Assembly: GCF_001194135.2 (NCBI RefSeq)
Contig: NC_068988.1
Span: 31,388,429 to 31,440,145 of the forward strand
Reading direction: 5' to 3'
DNA: 51,717 nucleotides
From: Octopus bimaculoides
Taxonomy: Eukaryota
Within the stretch, counting starts at the first letter, position 1, and each line of letters opens with the position of its first letter. Below are positions 50,101 to 51,717 of the stretch, piece after piece. The notes below the pieces were generated by a model. It saw only the letters and a list, made by a program, of their open reading frames with translations. It was not told where the DNA came from and made no database searches. The translations under genes were made by a program, and so were the position numbers.

Positions 50101-50775
50101 TGACGCCAAACACCTGTACATGTAGTAAGCCATTGCATCATGAAATGTCTACCGATAAAAAGCTGCGAAAATTATGCTGTATGTATGTACCATATCTATT
50201 TATTTCATGAAGTTGAATATACTTAATTGCTGTACTTATCCCACTCAGATTCCGCAGAAAAGAATGGTATTTTCTTACGTCTTCAAGATGATGCTTGTTT
50301 TAGCTATTCTAATACGGAGAATGTGAATCAAAGAAGCACACATATAGTTTACGGTTGTAGAGACACTTAAAGTAGAAGATAACTGTTTAAAAGTAGACGG
50401 ATTTATCTTTCGATTATTTATGTCAGCTTAGTCAGAATTGAAATGGATTTTAACAACAAAACTACCACTTAGGACTGAGTATTCAATGATAATTTATGTT
50501 GAAAATACTAAGAGTTAGTCTAAAAGATTTTCTTTGTTTCGACATTAAAATTATGCTCGGTGAAAAGCAAGGACCATAATTACCATAAAGATTCTATTCT
50601 AGTAAAGCGGATGAATCTATTTAGGCTTCTTCATTCGATTTCCTGTCGACAAAGGCTACTGTCATTTCAATTCACTACCACAGTAATTGAGAATGCAAAC
50701 CAATCCATACTTAACATTTAAGAAGTTCAGGAACAAATTGTTAGCCATGATTTCAGATTAACTGCATACATACGT

Positions 50776-50851
<76 letters not shown>

Positions 50852-51034
50852 GCACACACATATATATATAACACACGTTCGTTCGAGCACTCTACACTAT
50901 ACACATATGAATGAATCTACCTACCTACGTTCGTACGTACGTACTTACCTACCTACCTACCTACCTATCTCTGTCTGTCTGTCCGTCCGTCCGTCCGTCC
51001 GTCCGTCCGTCCGTCCGTCCATCTAACTATCTAA

Positions 51035-51105
<71 letters not shown>

Positions 51106-51130
51106 ACTGTCTATCTAGCTGTCTCTAATA

Positions 51131-51717
51131 TTATGTTGTCCGATTTTTCGAAAATATGTTTTCAAATTCGATTTAAGAGGATTTTTTCATATTGTTTTAG
51201 ACGAAATTTTGAATGTTTAATAATTGATGTGTACTCTTTAAGAATTTTTTATTGATTTCTTTCAAGCTATAATTTTGAAGCGTAGAAAACCTTAATTTCA
51301 AACATGAAAAAAGAAGAAATGCGTTTATTATTATTATTTTTTTTTGCTTGAATTAAAGCTTGGACATAATGTTTCCCAAACAGCCGCCAATATCAATAGA
51401 GCATGGGATGAAGTGTCCAGTAGCGATCGAACGGAAAAACGGTGGTTTGAGAGATTCCGTAGTGGGGTTCAAAGCCTTGAACGACAACAAGGTAGAGGGC
51501 GTCCATTCACTCTCGATGATCAGCATTTTAAAGCAATAGTGGAACAAAACCCATAACAATGTGTCAGTGAAATGTTTCATATGCTTGGCTTCAGTCTTTC
51601 AACAGATCACTTGAACAAAATCGGTAAAGTGAAAAAACTCGATAAATAGATTCCACATGGTTTCAGTGAAAATCAAAGACTTCGGTGTTTTGAAGTGTTT
51701 TCGATTCTCCCTCTGCG
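51131..51717 (+). mobile_element. Mariner transposon relic (N-terminal HTH region), running off the window end
   Basis: ELKLGHNVSQTAANINRAW...KRWFERFRSGVQSLE...GRGRP...KAIVEQNP and KVKKLDK*IPHGFSENQR (WVPHEL-like motif). Confidence 0.8.

Overview
Eukaryotic, AT-rich, gene-poor, gap-ridden scaffold. The SINE families, the density of (TA)n/(CA)n/(TATC)n/(AAT)n microsatellites and the N-gaps that start inside microsatellites point to a coleoid cephalopod, most likely octopus (inference from recalled repeat families, not a database result). No intact protein-coding gene can be supported, and most ORFs in the supplied track are microsatellite or N artefacts. The recognisable content is mobile-element debris: a degenerate L1/Tx1-clade LINE (27.4-30.0 kb) interrupted by a Penelope-like element (PLE; RT plus GIY-YIG) with an inverted 5' part, R4/Dong-like and RTE-like LINE fragments, two maT-like Tc1/mariner relics, a mariner relic, a long-TIR MITE and more than a dozen tRNA-derived SINE copies. 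The most interesting signal is a set of minimal type-I hammerhead-ribozyme (HHR) motifs with palindromic stem III, the form known from PLEs. They occur in non-coding carriers: two tail-out inverted cassettes (9.17-9.45 kb and 20.0-20.5 kb) and the 3' tail of a tRNA-headed SINE (36.5-36.85 kb). A second copy of that SINE sits 30 nt behind the PLE endonuclease ORF and lacks exactly the 47-nt ribozyme segment. Together these suggest a hypothesis: a PLE-driven family of non-autonomous ribozyme-bearing RNAs, including a Pol III 'hammerhead SINE'. A near-perfect 135-nt hairpin at 36.17-36.30 kb is a separate structured-RNA candidate.
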